A stretch of DNA of 64,000 nucleotides from Hydrolagus colliei (GCA_035084275.1 CM068755.1:13578001-13642000), one strand, 5' to 3'. Counted from the first letter of the stretch, positions 26,501 to 40,382 are shown. Notes: generated by a model not told the origin, from the sequence alone. Program-made: numbers and translations.

Positions 26501-26982
26501 CATTTATACTGAGTGATTCTGTGTGTCGTTGTTAAAACCACCTCTGGTAGAGTGATAGTGGTTTCGGAATCGAATTGACTCGAATACAACAACTGATCCA
26601 AAACTTAACGATTCCAAAGACAGTAATTATGTTCGATAACGTTAGCAGGTGTTCAGTGCTTTATATTGGAGCTGTGGACATATCCTTAGGTGTACAAGTG
26701 AGGCTTCCTGTTCTACCTCACACTGTTACTGGAAATAATCATGTTTTGGTTTAAAACGTATATTAGCAGTATTAGAGATTTTGCAATGTAACAAACTTAA
26801 TCTCATTGGCGTGAACTATTTGCTTTATATTTCACAACAACTTGCATTTATATAGCTCCCTCCACGCCGGGCACTTCACAATGGCAGAGAGCCCGAGGCC
26901 GAGCCACAAATTATACCCACAACCTCCGCAGTAATGTAATGTTTTAAATCTAAAATATCCTAAACCAACATCACACATTTTG

Positions 26983-27133
26983 TGCAACGTTTCAGGTCCA
27001 TGACCCTTTACTGGGTTGTGGACCCAAAACATTGACTGACTTTCCTTCCTCCATAGATGCTGCCCGACCTGCTGTTCCCAGCAACTTCTGCTGTTGTTTT
27101 AGACTTCCAGCATCTGCAGTATTTTGTGTTTTG
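26983..27133. mobile_element. Partial copy of the palindromic Penelope-type element
   Basis: Shares CCATAGATGCTGCC...CCAGCATCTGCAGTATTT arm; two decayed hammerhead halves in opposite orientations. Confidence 0.75.
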
Positions 27134-27290
27134 GCCACACGTGTTGTAGCCTGATATTTGAATCAAACACACCATAGTCTGTTTAACTACTTCTTCCTAT
27201 TTACCTTTGCCTAATATGCAGTTAATTGTGATGATTGATATAATTGGAACATGATTATAACTCACTCACTCACAATTTATCACATCAGCC

Positions 27291-27293
<3 letters not shown>

Positions 27294-27330
<37 letters not shown>
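27294..27330. repeat. (TA)n microsatellite (others: (TG)n 13141-13163, (CA)n 25177-25200, (TA)n 53306-53334)
   Basis: Directly visible in the sequence. Confidence 0.95.
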
Positions 27331-27332
<2 letters not shown>

Positions 27333-28299
27333 TAAAATCTAAAACGCATCCTAAGGACTTTGAAATGCACCTAATCTATGTTGAAAACAGTCTTTAGATA
27401 ATAATAATCCCTGCATTATCAAAGACGTGCTTATCACGTCTTTGATAAGCACTCAACAGAATATACTGTAAAGTGCAGTGACTGTGTATTTTGTGGGCCA
27501 AATATTATCGAGATAGACTTTAAAACAGAATATATAATGTTATCATTTTTATAGTGAAGGTATTTTTATAGTGAAAGTTACAGTGAAAGGAGTGGTCAAT
27601 TTGCACGCAGCAATGTCCCACAAAGTGAGTAACCGATTAACCAATTTTATCTGAGAGATTGTTGGTCAGGATACCAGGGGAAACTCCCTCCATTTTTTGA
27701 ACAGAGTAAATCTTGTCTGGGTTGGACTATCTTCCTGTGTTGGCATAAATAACCATAACCCTGTATTTACAGCATTTACAAGAAAGGAAAATCTAGAAAT
27801 CAACTGCCCTGAGGTACAAGGTAGTGAGTAATTTGTACCATGCAAAATTAACAAGTATCCTCTACTTTCATCGTCCCCTACAACAGTGCGCACATAATAC
27901 TTTTCTAACACATGATTTCTGCTGAAGGATTAGTTAATCAAAAGCAGGTCTGTATTATCCCCCTTTTGACAGTTTATTATGTCGAAGTAATTTGTTTTAT
28001 TATGAACATCCTGTAACTATGTCCTCGTTTGCATTTATTATAGGTTATTACCAACCATTTTATCTTCTGATATCTTGTTTCCATGTGCTGATGTTACTAG
28101 GGAGTAATTTTCATCCCTTGTAGCTGTTCCATCTTACTTAAAACTCATATAAATGTTCTTTGCCTGTTAATCAAAAAACATATCAGAGCTTTTGCAACTC
28201 TCGTGCAATAGAAGTGCGACTCAACTGTATTCTCTTCTTTAAAAGCAACGGGATTCAAATAGGAATAATAAAGATCTTCCGGTGAACACCTCTACTAGA

Positions 28300-28580
28300 T
28301 TAGTGATTGAAGTTGCCGCCTCTAAGTTGATGAGCCATATAGACCATGGCTTTAATCCCTGGTATGGTGAGTTGGCTGATATAAATTGGGGTAGGAGTTG
28401 GGATGCAGCAGTTGCCTTGAGGTCTAAAGAAAGAAGAAAGCCATCGAGGTGTTCAGCTCCCATTCCTGATGACTATCCAGTGATCCTTTTGGAAAGTCCA
28501 CATGTGGACATCAGGTGAGAACAGGATCAGGCTTACCTGCGATGCAATTCTTTGGGTCAAATAATCTTCGACGCATTCTA
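28300..28580 (+). mobile_element. Unclassified old SINE-like repeat (other copies 25075-25310 - and 25320-25570 +)
   Basis: Shared TCCTGAT..CTATC, GTGTGGA..GGTGAG.ACAGGATCAG and AATA.CCTG blocks among the three loci. Confidence 0.55.
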
Positions 28581-29730
28581 TCTAGATAAACAAAGTTAAA
28601 AATCGTGCTTCAAATGGACGTGTGATTCTTGGCATCTAACATTTTCTGCAACGCTAGACACATTTTTACTTTTACTATTTTTACAAATATTTGCTATGTG
28701 GCATGTTTCCTGCTGCTGGATTTTCATTCCATAAAGCTGTTTGGTTCAATGTGCAGTAAGTAATTAATTAATGTAATCCACCTGCCATTTAGGGTAAGTA
28801 TTTGATACTGTAGTGTCTGCTGTATAATTAAGAGGAAACGTAATGTCTAGAGTTACTTTGGTTCAGATTGTAGCACAGTTGAACTATGCTACACATCAAG
28901 ACTTGGAACTCATATAGTCTAGGCTGACCTTCCAATGCAGATCAATGCTGGGAGAGTGCTGTATTGTTGGAGATGCCATCATTTGCAGGATTTGTTAAAC
29001 CAAGGCTCTTTCTGCATGTTTAGGTTCAATGTTAACCATCCCATTTGGATTATTCGAAAAGAGATGGGAATTTCTCCTGGTGGTCTAGCCAATGAACCAA
29101 ATAAGATTGGTCATTCATGCCTCGGCTGTTTGTGGGACAATATGTGTGCATTCGCCTACAAATACACAGTCACTCCACTCGATAATATTTTCTATAAAGT
29201 GCTTAGTCAACACTCCCAACGCGCACTCAGGGATCCGCAAGCCTTGGTTTAACATTTTAGCACACCGCTAAATGTAAGCAACAATGATTTGGGACGTCGA
29301 TGTGAAAGTTAAAAAAGGTAAAGAAAAATGACTGCATTCAAGGAACTGTTGAGTTAATTATTATCGTGGCTATTTCATCAAACTTACTTAGCTTGTTTGC
29401 ATTTTCAAAGCAAATATTTAGTTATACATCTGATGACTTATGAGGTGTGTTTTATTTTAAATTGAGTGATGAAATTAATTTGTCACATGATAAACATCAC
29501 GGGCTCTAAGTTCATGTAAAACATTTAGTTGCAATGACCTGTACTTCGTTTTGTTTGGTGAGTTACAGAAAGGGTGAGGCTAGGTTTGAACACCGGAATT
29601 GTTGTGTTTAGTTTTCGCTCGCAGGCCTCCCATAAAAAGGTTCATTTTGTTGAGTTGAGGCACTAAGAGCAACCGCACCCCTTCTTCCACCTTGAAGCTG
29701 AAAACTCTCGCTCCCCTCCACCCCTCAAAA

Positions 29731-29984
29731 ATGAGCCATACTCTCGAAACTCCAACTACCATAGAAAAGAAAAAGGTGAAAAGAAAATATAAAGCTTTTT
29801 GGATGAACAGCGACCCAGATGAGAGGCAGAGAGGTCTGGCAAAGTGTAAAATGAAGCAACAGCCCATAGTGTCCGATGTACGACTTGACAATACTGGAGA
29901 CTTAGACCCTGATGAAGAAAGTGAAATTCATAATGAGTCAAAAGACGTAATGTCCATCACAGGGAATTTAAAGAAATCAAACAG
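29731..29984 (+). CDS. Candidate alternative N-terminal coding exon of UNC13C (84 aa plus phase-2 donor)
   Basis: AAAATGA start, open charged hydrophilic frame, AACAG|GTATTT donor in phase 2 matching exon 34402. No homology recognised. Confidence 0.45.
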
Positions 29985-32900
29985 GTATTTTGATTTGTAA
30001 TGTTATTTCGATGATCTGGAGAATATGCATTAGATACGTAATATGTGGAAGGATGATTTGAGATGTCAATCCCACTGATCATTAGAATATAATACTATAA
30101 TAAATAATAATCCTTTACATTTTCAGCTAAAGCATTATCTGGCTAGAGTGTAGCTGATTTGAAAGCTACATTTAATGTTTAGTGAATGACTGAGAACGTA
30201 ACCTTGCTTACCATACATTTATCAGTTTGCAACTTCTATTGTGGATAATTCTTGCACTGAATCAAGCAGAAATTGAACCAAGTAGAGAAAATGAATATAG
30301 GGATGGAGAATCTGGAACCACATCTTGTTGTGCTTTGAGGGAGGAGTAAAAATACTTTGGAGTATTTATGAATAGTAATGTATCACCAGTGCAGGGAGAA
30401 CTTAAAAGGCGACGGTGGAGAACTGGAATAAATTAGCACTACTTAATGAGTAAAATAACTTACCTGTAAAATGAGTTGGTTGAGTAGAGGAATAATTCAT
30501 TAGAGGGCCACAAGCAAAATATACTGTAGGGTGATGCAGAGGCTGAGGTAAGGGAATATAACATACGATAGTATTTTAGTGAGTTTTAATAGCATTGTTA
30601 TATCGTTAGAGATGACATTATGCAAACGAGTATCATATCTCAGTCGTTTTATACACATGTTTATGTGATTGCTTTTCCAATACAGAAAAAAAAGGTGACT
30701 TCTTACGAGTGGTTTCTCTTGTGCACTGCAAATAAAACACTCTAACGACTGGGCTACTTATATATGATGGTACATCGAACAGACTATCTTTTGTGAAGCT
30801 GGAGAGCAAAGTTCTATTTGTGATCTGTTATCGCACCGATATTCGCTTATTCCATTAAGATAGACTTAAGGGGCTTACAAGTATTGAAGTCGTACTCAAA
30901 TTGTAAAATATCCTGGTAAACTGGTTTAGATAAATAAATGCATTGCTGAGTTTGTGCCGCGTTGTTTCTGTTGCTGTATTTGAATGCGCGGAGTAAACAA
31001 GGTAACAAGGTAAGCAACAAATGACTGCAGCATATTTGTAGATAACAGTTGAATCTCAACGGATTGGTGTAATGTAGTTGCAACCTTAACTGGAGGCAAA
31101 ACAATTGAGCATAAACTGCTTCTCCAAATGAACATGTCGTGGATAAACTGAGTTGTTCTCCACTATATCTAGATCATAAACCAATTTGAAACAGGACATG
31201 ATTTGAAACAATAGAGGAAAGACAATATTTACAATGCTTTCAGCAACTCTGGGACTCGACTTGACTTGTCTTCTGAATTTGTTGACCCTCAGTCACATAC
31301 CTGAAGGCTGGTTATAAACATTTATTGCTGGTTTGCACTATCTGTAATGATATTTTCCAAGCTATGGTATCTTGATCTCCCTCGGTAGCACTCTTGCATC
31401 TAAGTAGGAAGGTTGCGGATGACTTTGAGCTCCTTGTCAAGGTTGGCACTCCAAAGCAATGTGAGGGGGGAGGGGTGTGTGTGCGAGCGTGCGTGCGTGT
31501 GGGTGTGGGTATGGGTGGGGGGGTGGGGGGGGTGGGTGTTCAAATGAGCAGTCCTATGGATGGGACATTAAATCGAGGACCTGGTTGCCTATTCAGACAT
31601 GAAAAATCCTGTGACACTGTTTGAAAAGAGAAGTCAGTTTCTTCTGGTATCTAGGCCAGAAATCCCCAAATAAAATTGGACATTTACTTCATACTATTTG
31701 CCTAACAATACGCAATTGGCTGCCGCATTTCGCCCACAAATATACAGTCAATTCACTTTATGATAAGTATATATGTACACATGCTGTGAAACACTTTGAG
31801 ACGTCGATAGGATATGAAAAGCGCTGTATCTAATGCAAGGATTATTCGTATTATTCATATAGCTCAGTGACTGATGGTACAGTGTGCAATAGTTTGATAC
31901 TTCAGCACAAACAGTAAGCTTGGAGCTTGAGAATTTGTGCTAGGGAATCTATTAGTTACTTGAGAAACCTTACAGAATAATGGGTTACTCACTGACATCA
32001 TCCTTACTGTTATGCACGCATGAGAACATCCTATGTTATTGTATAGCTATAAAACACTCCATGGATAAGGGCAGGCCTCACATGTCCTGTACACAAACCT
32101 GCTGGATAGCAGCTATTAAATATATTGTTCAATCATTAGTGAAACCAGTGGCATTAATATAATTCCCCAATTTAAACCCACTTCAATCTTGTACAGTAGC
32201 ATTTCATGGCTTTCATTTACCTTGTGCTCTAGACAGCAGACGTTAGGCTCTCTAGCCTCCCAGCAGGTTTTGGCAATTAAGGAATGTGAACTTTAATTTG
32301 AAAACCGTTAATCACAGCTGTGGGCTACATAAAAAGCCTCCACTTTAATTCTATGTTTTAGTTGCAAAGATAAACGGTAAAAACAAACTGGTATTCAGCT
32401 CTTTCCATTAAATAAATAATAACAATAATAAGTCACCATCCTTCGCAGGAAGTTCTGTGAAGGTGTGAATATATATCAAATATATTATTATATCCTTGTA
32501 TTCAATAACAGCAATTTCTTAGCTTGGGAAGATGTCTTGAAGAGTTTCACAGGATATACTGTAAAGTGTAGTCTGTGTATTTTCACATTGTTTAGAATCA
32601 AGGATTAAATGTACCTTGTTTAAAGCCAAGCACTTTCTGAATATTGTGAACAGTCCACAGATTTGCGTAGTTTAAGCAGTTGCACAAGCAAGCTCAGTCT
32701 ATTTTTAGTCTCCACTCCGAGGAGGCTTTATAAACTAACCAACTTTACACTAACTTTATTTTAGATCACTCGGAAGTGAAGAATGCTTTGCGATAGTAAC
32801 ATTTCGCAAGTAACGCATCTGGAAAATTACTGTTGAAGAGTTGACGTTGTCTGCAATATTCACCGGGAACCAATATAGCAACATCATTTCCAGTGGTAAA

Positions 32901-33239
32901 GAGTCGAGAAGCTGATTTATACCTCCTCAATCTTCATGTTTCTAATTACATTGGCAGATGCAGGAGAAGCTCTCTGTCTGGGTGCAGAGATCCACCAATT
33001 AGTATTATTTTTATAACATTCTGAAGCAGTTGATAGGAAAGAGCTATCTAGGCAAACATTAAAATATTTTCCCTGGAATGTCCCTGGATGTGGCAGAAGC
33101 CCAGAGATTAATTGCCACAGTATGTGCTGCTGTATATCTCAACATATGCAGAAAATTCCCAAATAAACTAAATATCCCCATTGTGCTTTTAAACACTCCA
33201 AATGATGCATCTCTTTATTAATGTTAGTTATTATTAGTA

Positions 33240-33645
33240 GTATATTAATCACTGCATTTGTCATTGGGACATCTCAAATTGCTTCATAGGAAATACTGTG
33301 AAGTGGATTTGACTGTATTTTGTGGGTGAAATGCAGTAGCCGGTTACCCACAGCATTGTCTCACAACCAGCCACGGAGTGAGTGACTAATTGTATTTGGG
33401 GGATTGTTGGCTCGAACACTGGGAGAAACTCTCTTTGTTCCAATAGTGCCATGGGATGTTTAACATCCAGCTGAACAGGCAGATATTTAAAGTCTCGGTT
33501 TAATGTCTCATCCGAAGGATGGCCTCTCCCCAGCATTGCATTGGTGTGTCATTCTAGATTATGTGATTCCAAGTCCTGATGTAGAGCTTGAACCCACAAC
33601 CTTCTGACTCCGAGGCGAGTGTGCCTTCATTACGCCAAGCTCACA
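33240..33645 (-). mobile_element. Older SacSINE1/DeuSINE-like element (related decayed copies at about 14150-14415 -, 14810-15080 +, 28880-29200 +, 31370-31856 +)
   Basis: TTTAATGTCTCATCCGAAGGATGGC and CTTGAACCCACAACCTTCTGACTCCGAGGCGAG resemble the Deu-SINE body and tRNA head (recalled consensus). Confidence 0.65.
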
Positions 33646-34401
33646 CATATTTTCCAACATACAGGACCGTATCTACCGCAAACAATTAAGGTGCAGGTTT
33701 AGGCTATGGAAGATCATATGAATTGCGGTAAAAGATTTTGTAGAATAAAGCAGACAATATTTCCCACTGTGAATATTGAAGCCACAGTGCACTGTTTGAA
33801 ATACAGAGAAAGAGGTAGAGTAATGTTGCAATAATCCTGTGAGTAGATGAAATGATTTCATTAATGTATAACTTGTGAATAAGGTTTCAGTATTGAACAC
33901 TCCAGATGGACAGATGTGATTTTTACATTTGACGTTGGACTGAAAAGATTTCCGAGGCAATAGATGAGAAATGAAATGCATGAAAAGAGTCCAGATTCGA
34001 ATCATTCTGTTATGTGCTTGAAGAAGAGTTGTTTAAAATGTGAATCTATGCCTGAGATCTTTAACAGGAAGTTCAAGTAGTTTTCTTATCAATGCATGTC
34101 CATTTCAATGCCAATTTTTGTGGTTAATGAACCAATAAGTATACGCAGAAGACTGGAGCTCACTTTACCTTCCAATTTTTGCTAACAGATGTCTGGGTAA
34201 TACTTTGTGCATTGTAGCAGTTCAAACTTCTCTGTAGAGATAAATACTTATCTGTTTGTGGAGCAAATACATTTTCACATGTCTGCAACGGAAGACGGGC
34301 GAGATTAAAAACATTCCTCCCTTAAACACCAATTCAAAGTTGTTTGCTTAGTCCGTTACATAGAGTGTGTGTTTCGGTACTAAAATAGCTTTATCCTTTA
34401 G

Positions 34402-34480
34402 GCCTGGAAGCATACTCTATGGCATTGACAGCATGCCTGATCTCCGGCGACAAAAGACAATGCCAATTGTTCGGGATGTG
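34402..34480 (+). CDS. UNC13C: Munc13-3 coding exon 4 (79 nt; [26 protein letters not shown])
   Basis: Conserved Munc13 motif [11 protein letters not shown]; TTTAG| acceptor, |GTGAGT donor. Confidence 0.95.
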
Positions 34481-35116
34481 GTGAGTTATCTAGTTTGAAT
34501 TGTTTGAAGTCTGCTGTACTAAATTGAAAGAACACCGGGGCCATTAAAAAACAAAGTACTTTTACTTTTAAGGTGTTTGGTGTTATCCCTGAAACACACC
34601 CCATTCCCTTACAATTGATTTACTGTAAGCAACTACTCTGGATGCCAGGGGTAATTGGTTCGTCCCAACCCCCCTCCCTCCCTCTTAACCAACCTGACTG
34701 ATATTGGGAGTTTATCATGAGAAGTAAACTGATACATCACTGATACATACATCAGTGTCAACACATCCAAGTCAATACTCAATGACAGTTATGTGTTCTC
34801 CTTTCGTTCGATGTGTTAAGAGCCTTTATTACTAACTTCAAGTTCAATGCAAACACGCTCTGTGCTCTGAAAGCCAAATGCAATTTCAAAACACTTCAAA
34901 GAAAATTTCTCACTTTCAGTTTAAGGAACTTGGAAAAGTATGAAACAGATACGTACCAACATTGTTTTAAAGCTTAATCAATGCAAAAATGAGTTTCTCA
35001 ACTGTGCAGAGGTAATATTCACCACACTGTGCTTCAGTCATTTCAATTGCTAATGAGACAGCGGATGTAATAACTAACCTTTGTAATTTCTTTCTTATGC
35101 TTCTTGGATTAAACAG

Positions 35117-35122
35117 GCAATG
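35117..35122 (+). CDS. UNC13C: Munc13-3 6-nt microexon (Ala-Met)
   Basis: TAACTAAC branch site, pyrimidine tract, AAACAG|GCAATG|GTAAGT; restores the RDV-AM-TLAARK sequence of UNC13C. Confidence 0.85.
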
Positions 35123-36438
35123 GTAAGTTTGTATGGAGTGCAGTGTGATACATTAAGCTGGAAAATACCAGTCACAGGATTTACTGTACTTTCTGTATCC
35201 CCGCTCATTCAGCAGACTTTTGGTTAAAGTTTCTGTAAAATAATGTCTTTGATTTATATATGTTAGTGAAATAATGATGCTGTAAATTTTAAGTTACTGG
35301 TGAATAGGATTTGTGACATTTATTGGTGACTCGTATTAATTAATAAATCCTCATGATAGTAATTACTTGTGAAAAGTTTTGATATGTTGCAACATAAAAG
35401 GTGCTCTAAAAATCCTAAAACCTGCAAATAAAAAGGAAGCCAGATGTTGACTAAGGGGCAAATTAAACGTTTAAACTAATTTCCTTCAAGCAAAGCACAT
35501 GATAACTTAAATATGCAAGTCCCTAGGTCAGTGGTCTCATCTATAATGAATCATTTATCATCGGGCTGAATTGCCCTATTTGCAAACCCAATCTGTCTGG
35601 TGTTAACATTTATTGCCCTCTGCGCCATTTGTCATCTTCTGTTTGACAAAGTTTGACAAACGCAGCCTGAAAATGATTGCATATTCATTTAGTAGATTCA
35701 ATCACCAATAGCTGACTAATTTTCGACACGCCAATTTAAAATCTAATCTTGTTCATTTGGTCCTTGCTTTTTAAAGAGTTAGAAAGGATGCAGAGTAGAC
35801 ACCCCAGGAAGGGACACTGATGACTTTTTTCAGGAAACAGTGTCAATAACTCTTCATTATCCTTATTATGCAAATCAGAGGTGAGCCTTGTTGCTATCTA
35901 CATCAAACTCCACATACTGTATATGTTTTTAATTTTGTTTCCAACATTTGAAAACATTGCTGGGTGCATTTGAGCAAGACATTCCCACTTATTTGGGGTT
36001 TTTTTCAATGAGACTCTCCAAGCTCAAGCAAATTTCTGATTAAAAACAAAAGAAATCTTAGCAACTGTGTGCGTTCAATGTCCTCAATCTCAATGCGCAA
36101 TGGAAGTACTGAAAAAAAATTGATGATTCTTTTCATTGTTAAAAAAAATCTGAACAGAATACTTCAAGAACAACGGAAGAGAACACAGTGAAAGCAGACA
36201 CCTAAGATTTGATTTTGTTCATTGAGTATTAATTATAAACCACTTTAGCACATGCAACCCTACTCAATAACTCCATTAATTTCTTTTGGAGAGGAGGGGG
36301 ATCCAATTGGAAAAGGGTTAGTTTGCACACCCTTCATCGCATCAGTTTTGAGTGCACAGCTATTATTTACATGGATTCTTTTCCATCTCTCGTTTCATCT
36401 CTTACTAGTTGCACTTTTTTTTTCTCCCGCCTCAACAG

Positions 36439-36510
36439 ACTCTTGCTGCCCGAAAGGCAGGCATATCTTTTGCTATGGCCACCAGAACCTCACTAAACAA
36501 TGAAGAATTG
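36439..36510 (+). CDS. UNC13C: Munc13-3 coding exon 6 (72 nt; TLAARKAGISFAMATRTSLNNEEL)
   Basis: CAG| acceptor, |GTAAGT donor, Munc13 homology. Confidence 0.95.
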
Positions 36511-38398
36511 GTAAGTGGGTTTGTTTATGTGTTTATCAGCACAACTTTTATCAGTCACCCAGTGAATTAGAGGAGAGCTATGGGACATCATGGTCTTCGA
36601 GCTACTAAGAGGGCAGCACCTGTTTGTGCTTACACAGCACAACGCTTAAAATCTCTAAAGAACTGGGGGTGCCGGTAAAACTAGTACATATAAACATATT
36701 CTCAATCATTCTTTTATCCTATGCAAACTTCAACCTCACTACATTACCCATGATCTATGAATCCCGGTAAATCTGCAGTTTTCCTAAGGGTTGATCCTGG
36801 CTGGGAGTAGAGGAAAATGCTCACTATGAAAATGATACAAGCATCGGCGAGGGGAGGCGAGCGGGGTGGAGGGAGGGAGCGAAGCAATTATATTGGTGGT
36901 CAGTTTTGTGCAGTTCACATCAAGGGAAAGCTTTGTGTGAAGTGATGGCAATTACTTGGTGTTTCTCATTCTCTGTGTTTAGTGACACTGCAGCACATTG
37001 CGCACAAATTATGCAGTAAGTCTTTGAGAAAGTTTTCTAGACAGGCAGAGAGAAAGCCACTGTGTTGTTAAGCACTGAGTGAGGTGACAAGCAGGCGAAG
37101 CAAATCAAGTGTAAGTAAGAGTCAGTTGAATTGACTACCAACATATCAGATGGTCATTGAATGAATTTGGTCCATGGTTGAACTAGCAGAGTTCAAAACA
37201 TTCAGAAGGGCAACAAATAACTACAGCCTCCTTTCATACAGATTCCTTATGAATGAGACTTGTGATAAGGCTGTCTGACATTTGTTGAAAGAAAGTGTTT
37301 GGTACATTACTGCAAGCACCTCACCTGCCAAACTACCTATTTCCACATTGGTCACGCATCACTAATTTATTTTCGAAACATTCTTCCCTGAGCTTCTTCA
37401 CTCACGCTTCACATTTGTTGAGGAAAGTGGACCCCATTTTGAAAAATTAAATCAAATGTAAATTTGCTTTTCTATGGTTTTAAATAAGTGCTTTGATTGA
37501 CCAATGACCTGTTCTGAAGCGTAGTTTCAATTAAATGGCTTCATACATTGAAATCCCATAAAATGGAAAGAGAGTTAGAAGCAGTGAGGCATAGCTAATT
37601 ACATCATGCATTGTCCAACGCAACAGTGCATTTACCTGTGGCAACCATGTATTTTAGTGCAGAAGGATTGATATATTAAAATATCACTTGTAAAATAGTT
37701 AACAAGTCAGATTTTATCACTGGTAAAATGATACGATGGATGTAACATTCACTGCCAGATCACTTTGGGTAGAATTACTTAAAGGAATTCTGAAGATAAA
37801 TTGGAAACTGTAGGCGTAAAGATGTGTCATTTGAAATGATCTTCCAAAAGACTCCCTCGTATCTATCATTCCAAACTGTCCAGTCCATTTACAATTTGTA
37901 CAGGTTTCAGTACATAATATATGGATGTATTTCTTTGAAATATAACCATTGTGTACATGCACTGACTGTATCCAAGCTAATGTTTGGGAATAAAAAAATC
38001 TGATTTTTTTTCTAATGTTCGTTAATCTCAAATTATATTCTTTACTGCCTTAGTCATTTAAACCCGAATGCTGAGGAATTTGGATAGAAAAAAATTACCC
38101 AAATTCTGTTTGATATATTTACTTTATAAAGTATATTAAATTGCCTGCAAATTCAATCTGTTTAAGAATGGCATGTACAGTTATGATCCCAAATATATAA
38201 ACTTTTGGTGATACTATTGCTAAAAGTGCTTTGCTGAAGTTACCTATAACCAGAATCAAGCGAGATTTTTGAGTTTGGGTGATGTCACTTGGATTGTATC
38301 TCTGATTCTATTAATCTTATTATAGGACATGATATATTGTAAAGCGCCTCAAACCAATTTCATATGCTATATCTTGTTGTATCATCGAGAATCCAAAA

Positions 38399-38489
38399 CC
38401 ATCAGATTTAAAATTTCACATGTAAATATGCAAATAGCAGTCAAGTATTCTTAGCCTTCAATGATGTGAGACAAAGCGGTGCGATTTAA
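38399..38489 (+). repeat. 91-bp direct repeat, copy 1
   Basis: Ungapped match to 40292-40382 with 10 mismatches by manual alignment. Confidence 0.9.
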
Positions 38490-38522
38490 TTGAAATGAAC
38501 AGATTCCAGTTCTTCATTTTAA

Positions 38523-38765
<243 letters not shown>

Positions 38766-39467
38766 TGATTGACTTTCACTGAGAGAAGGAGAGATGGCCA
38801 GAATCCTGCTCACAATCACAGTACAGAGCAGTTGCGGTGTAAGGCCCTGAATGCAGAACTTTAGAAAACAACCTACAAAGCAGTCTATATTTGGAAATTT
38901 TTGCTGCTGCTGCCCTGTTTGATTTTGTGCCAAAATTGGAGCCTCTACCTGCAAGCCATTTAATGTCCATTGGAAATCAGCGCTGATCGCTGCTACCTGG
39001 AATTGCCGGATGGGGCCTTCAAATGGTTTTCAATTCTGTTTTCTTACGGTTTTGTCAATTTAGCTGTATTTCCGTTTAATTTTAACAAAAATAACTCCAG
39101 CAATGGCAATCTTCGACCCTCAAATGATTTTTAATTACTGTAAATATGGAATATATACTTTGTAGCAGGCAAAGGCCTTTTGCACTGGAGGAATTACTGG
39201 AGCCAAGATACATTAGTGATCACCAGCAGCAAGACATTTCACTGACTTTTATGAGTCAGAACTTCTAAATAATAATATAGATTACTACAACATTACATAG
39301 ATAACATTCAAGATCTTGAAATTAAATTGATCTGCTCCATTAAGTTCTGGTAAACTAAAAAATGATTTAATAGGGAGTATTTGTTCCATCATCAAGATAG
39401 AGAATTGTTCAAAGTTTCTAGTTTGGAAACTCTTTCAATGTTTCCCTACCCCCACTCCCAACTCCAG

Positions 39468-39695
39468 GTGCAGCTGAGAAAAGTTCCAAACACGGAGCAG
39501 AGGACAAGACGCAAAATATCATCACAGCCATGAAAGAGAGAATGAAGATCCGGGAGCAAAACAACCCGGAGATTTTTGAGCTGATTCAAGAGCAATTCCA
39601 AGTGTCAAAAGAAAACTATGCACAAAATTTAAAAGCAGCGAAGCAGAACGTCCTGGATGGGACTTCCAAGTGGTCAGCAAAGTTAACCATAACAG
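39468..39695 (+). CDS. UNC13C: Munc13-3 coding exon 8 (228 nt; C1-C2B linker)
   Basis: [29 protein letters not shown]...[15 protein letters not shown]; AG/GT boundaries. Confidence 0.97.
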
Positions 39696-39772
39696 GTTAG
39701 ATTCTCTTATGATTAATTAGTTGTTTCAACCTGTTGATGTGTCCAAAATGAGGGGGTGTAAATATAATCTCA

Positions 39773-39860
39773 ACACAGAAGTCATTGGGAACATGCAGTA
39801 GGCCGGGCAGCATCTACGGAGAGAGGAAAATTAGTTACTATTTTAGGTCAATGGCCATTG
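39773..39860 (-). mobile_element. Decayed copy of the Penelope-type element
   Basis: GGGAACA...GGCAGCATCTACGGAGAGAGGAAAA arm followed by a degenerate minus-strand hammerhead ending in GTCAGAACT. Confidence 0.6.
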
Positions 39861-40291
39861 GTCAGAACTCGCCGAAACACAGCGGTGAAAATGCGGAAGC
39901 CACTGCTTGAAACTGGTGGTTGAAGCAAAAAATGACGGTGGATTTTAGAGGAAACTTGATCTGTACATGAAAGAGATGGAATAGAGTGTAGGAGTTTAAG
40001 ATGGATGGAGGCTGGTGTAATAGCAGCAAAATCCCATGTGAAGGGCACTGTATAAATACAAGTTGTTGTTCTATTAAATGATTATGCTCAGTGTCCCATG
40101 ATTTCCCTACAATTGAGCAATAGGTGACTTCACTCCTAGCAGTATAAATACTGGATTAAAAGCAAATAATGTATGTATTATAAATCAGACTGCTTAAAAC
40201 TGTAGATTTGATTAATCACCAAAGGATCAAGTTTAAATGCCTTTCCAGGAAAAATAAGAAAGCAATTTGGCTTTAACTAAACACCGCAGAG

Positions 40292-40382
40292 CCATCAGAT
40301 TTTAAATTTCATGTGTAAATATGCAAATAGCAGTCGAGTATTCTTAGCCTCCAATGAGGTGAGACGAAGCAGTAGGATTTAA
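40292..40382 (+). repeat. 91-bp direct repeat, copy 2
   Basis: Ungapped match to 38399-38489. Confidence 0.9.
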
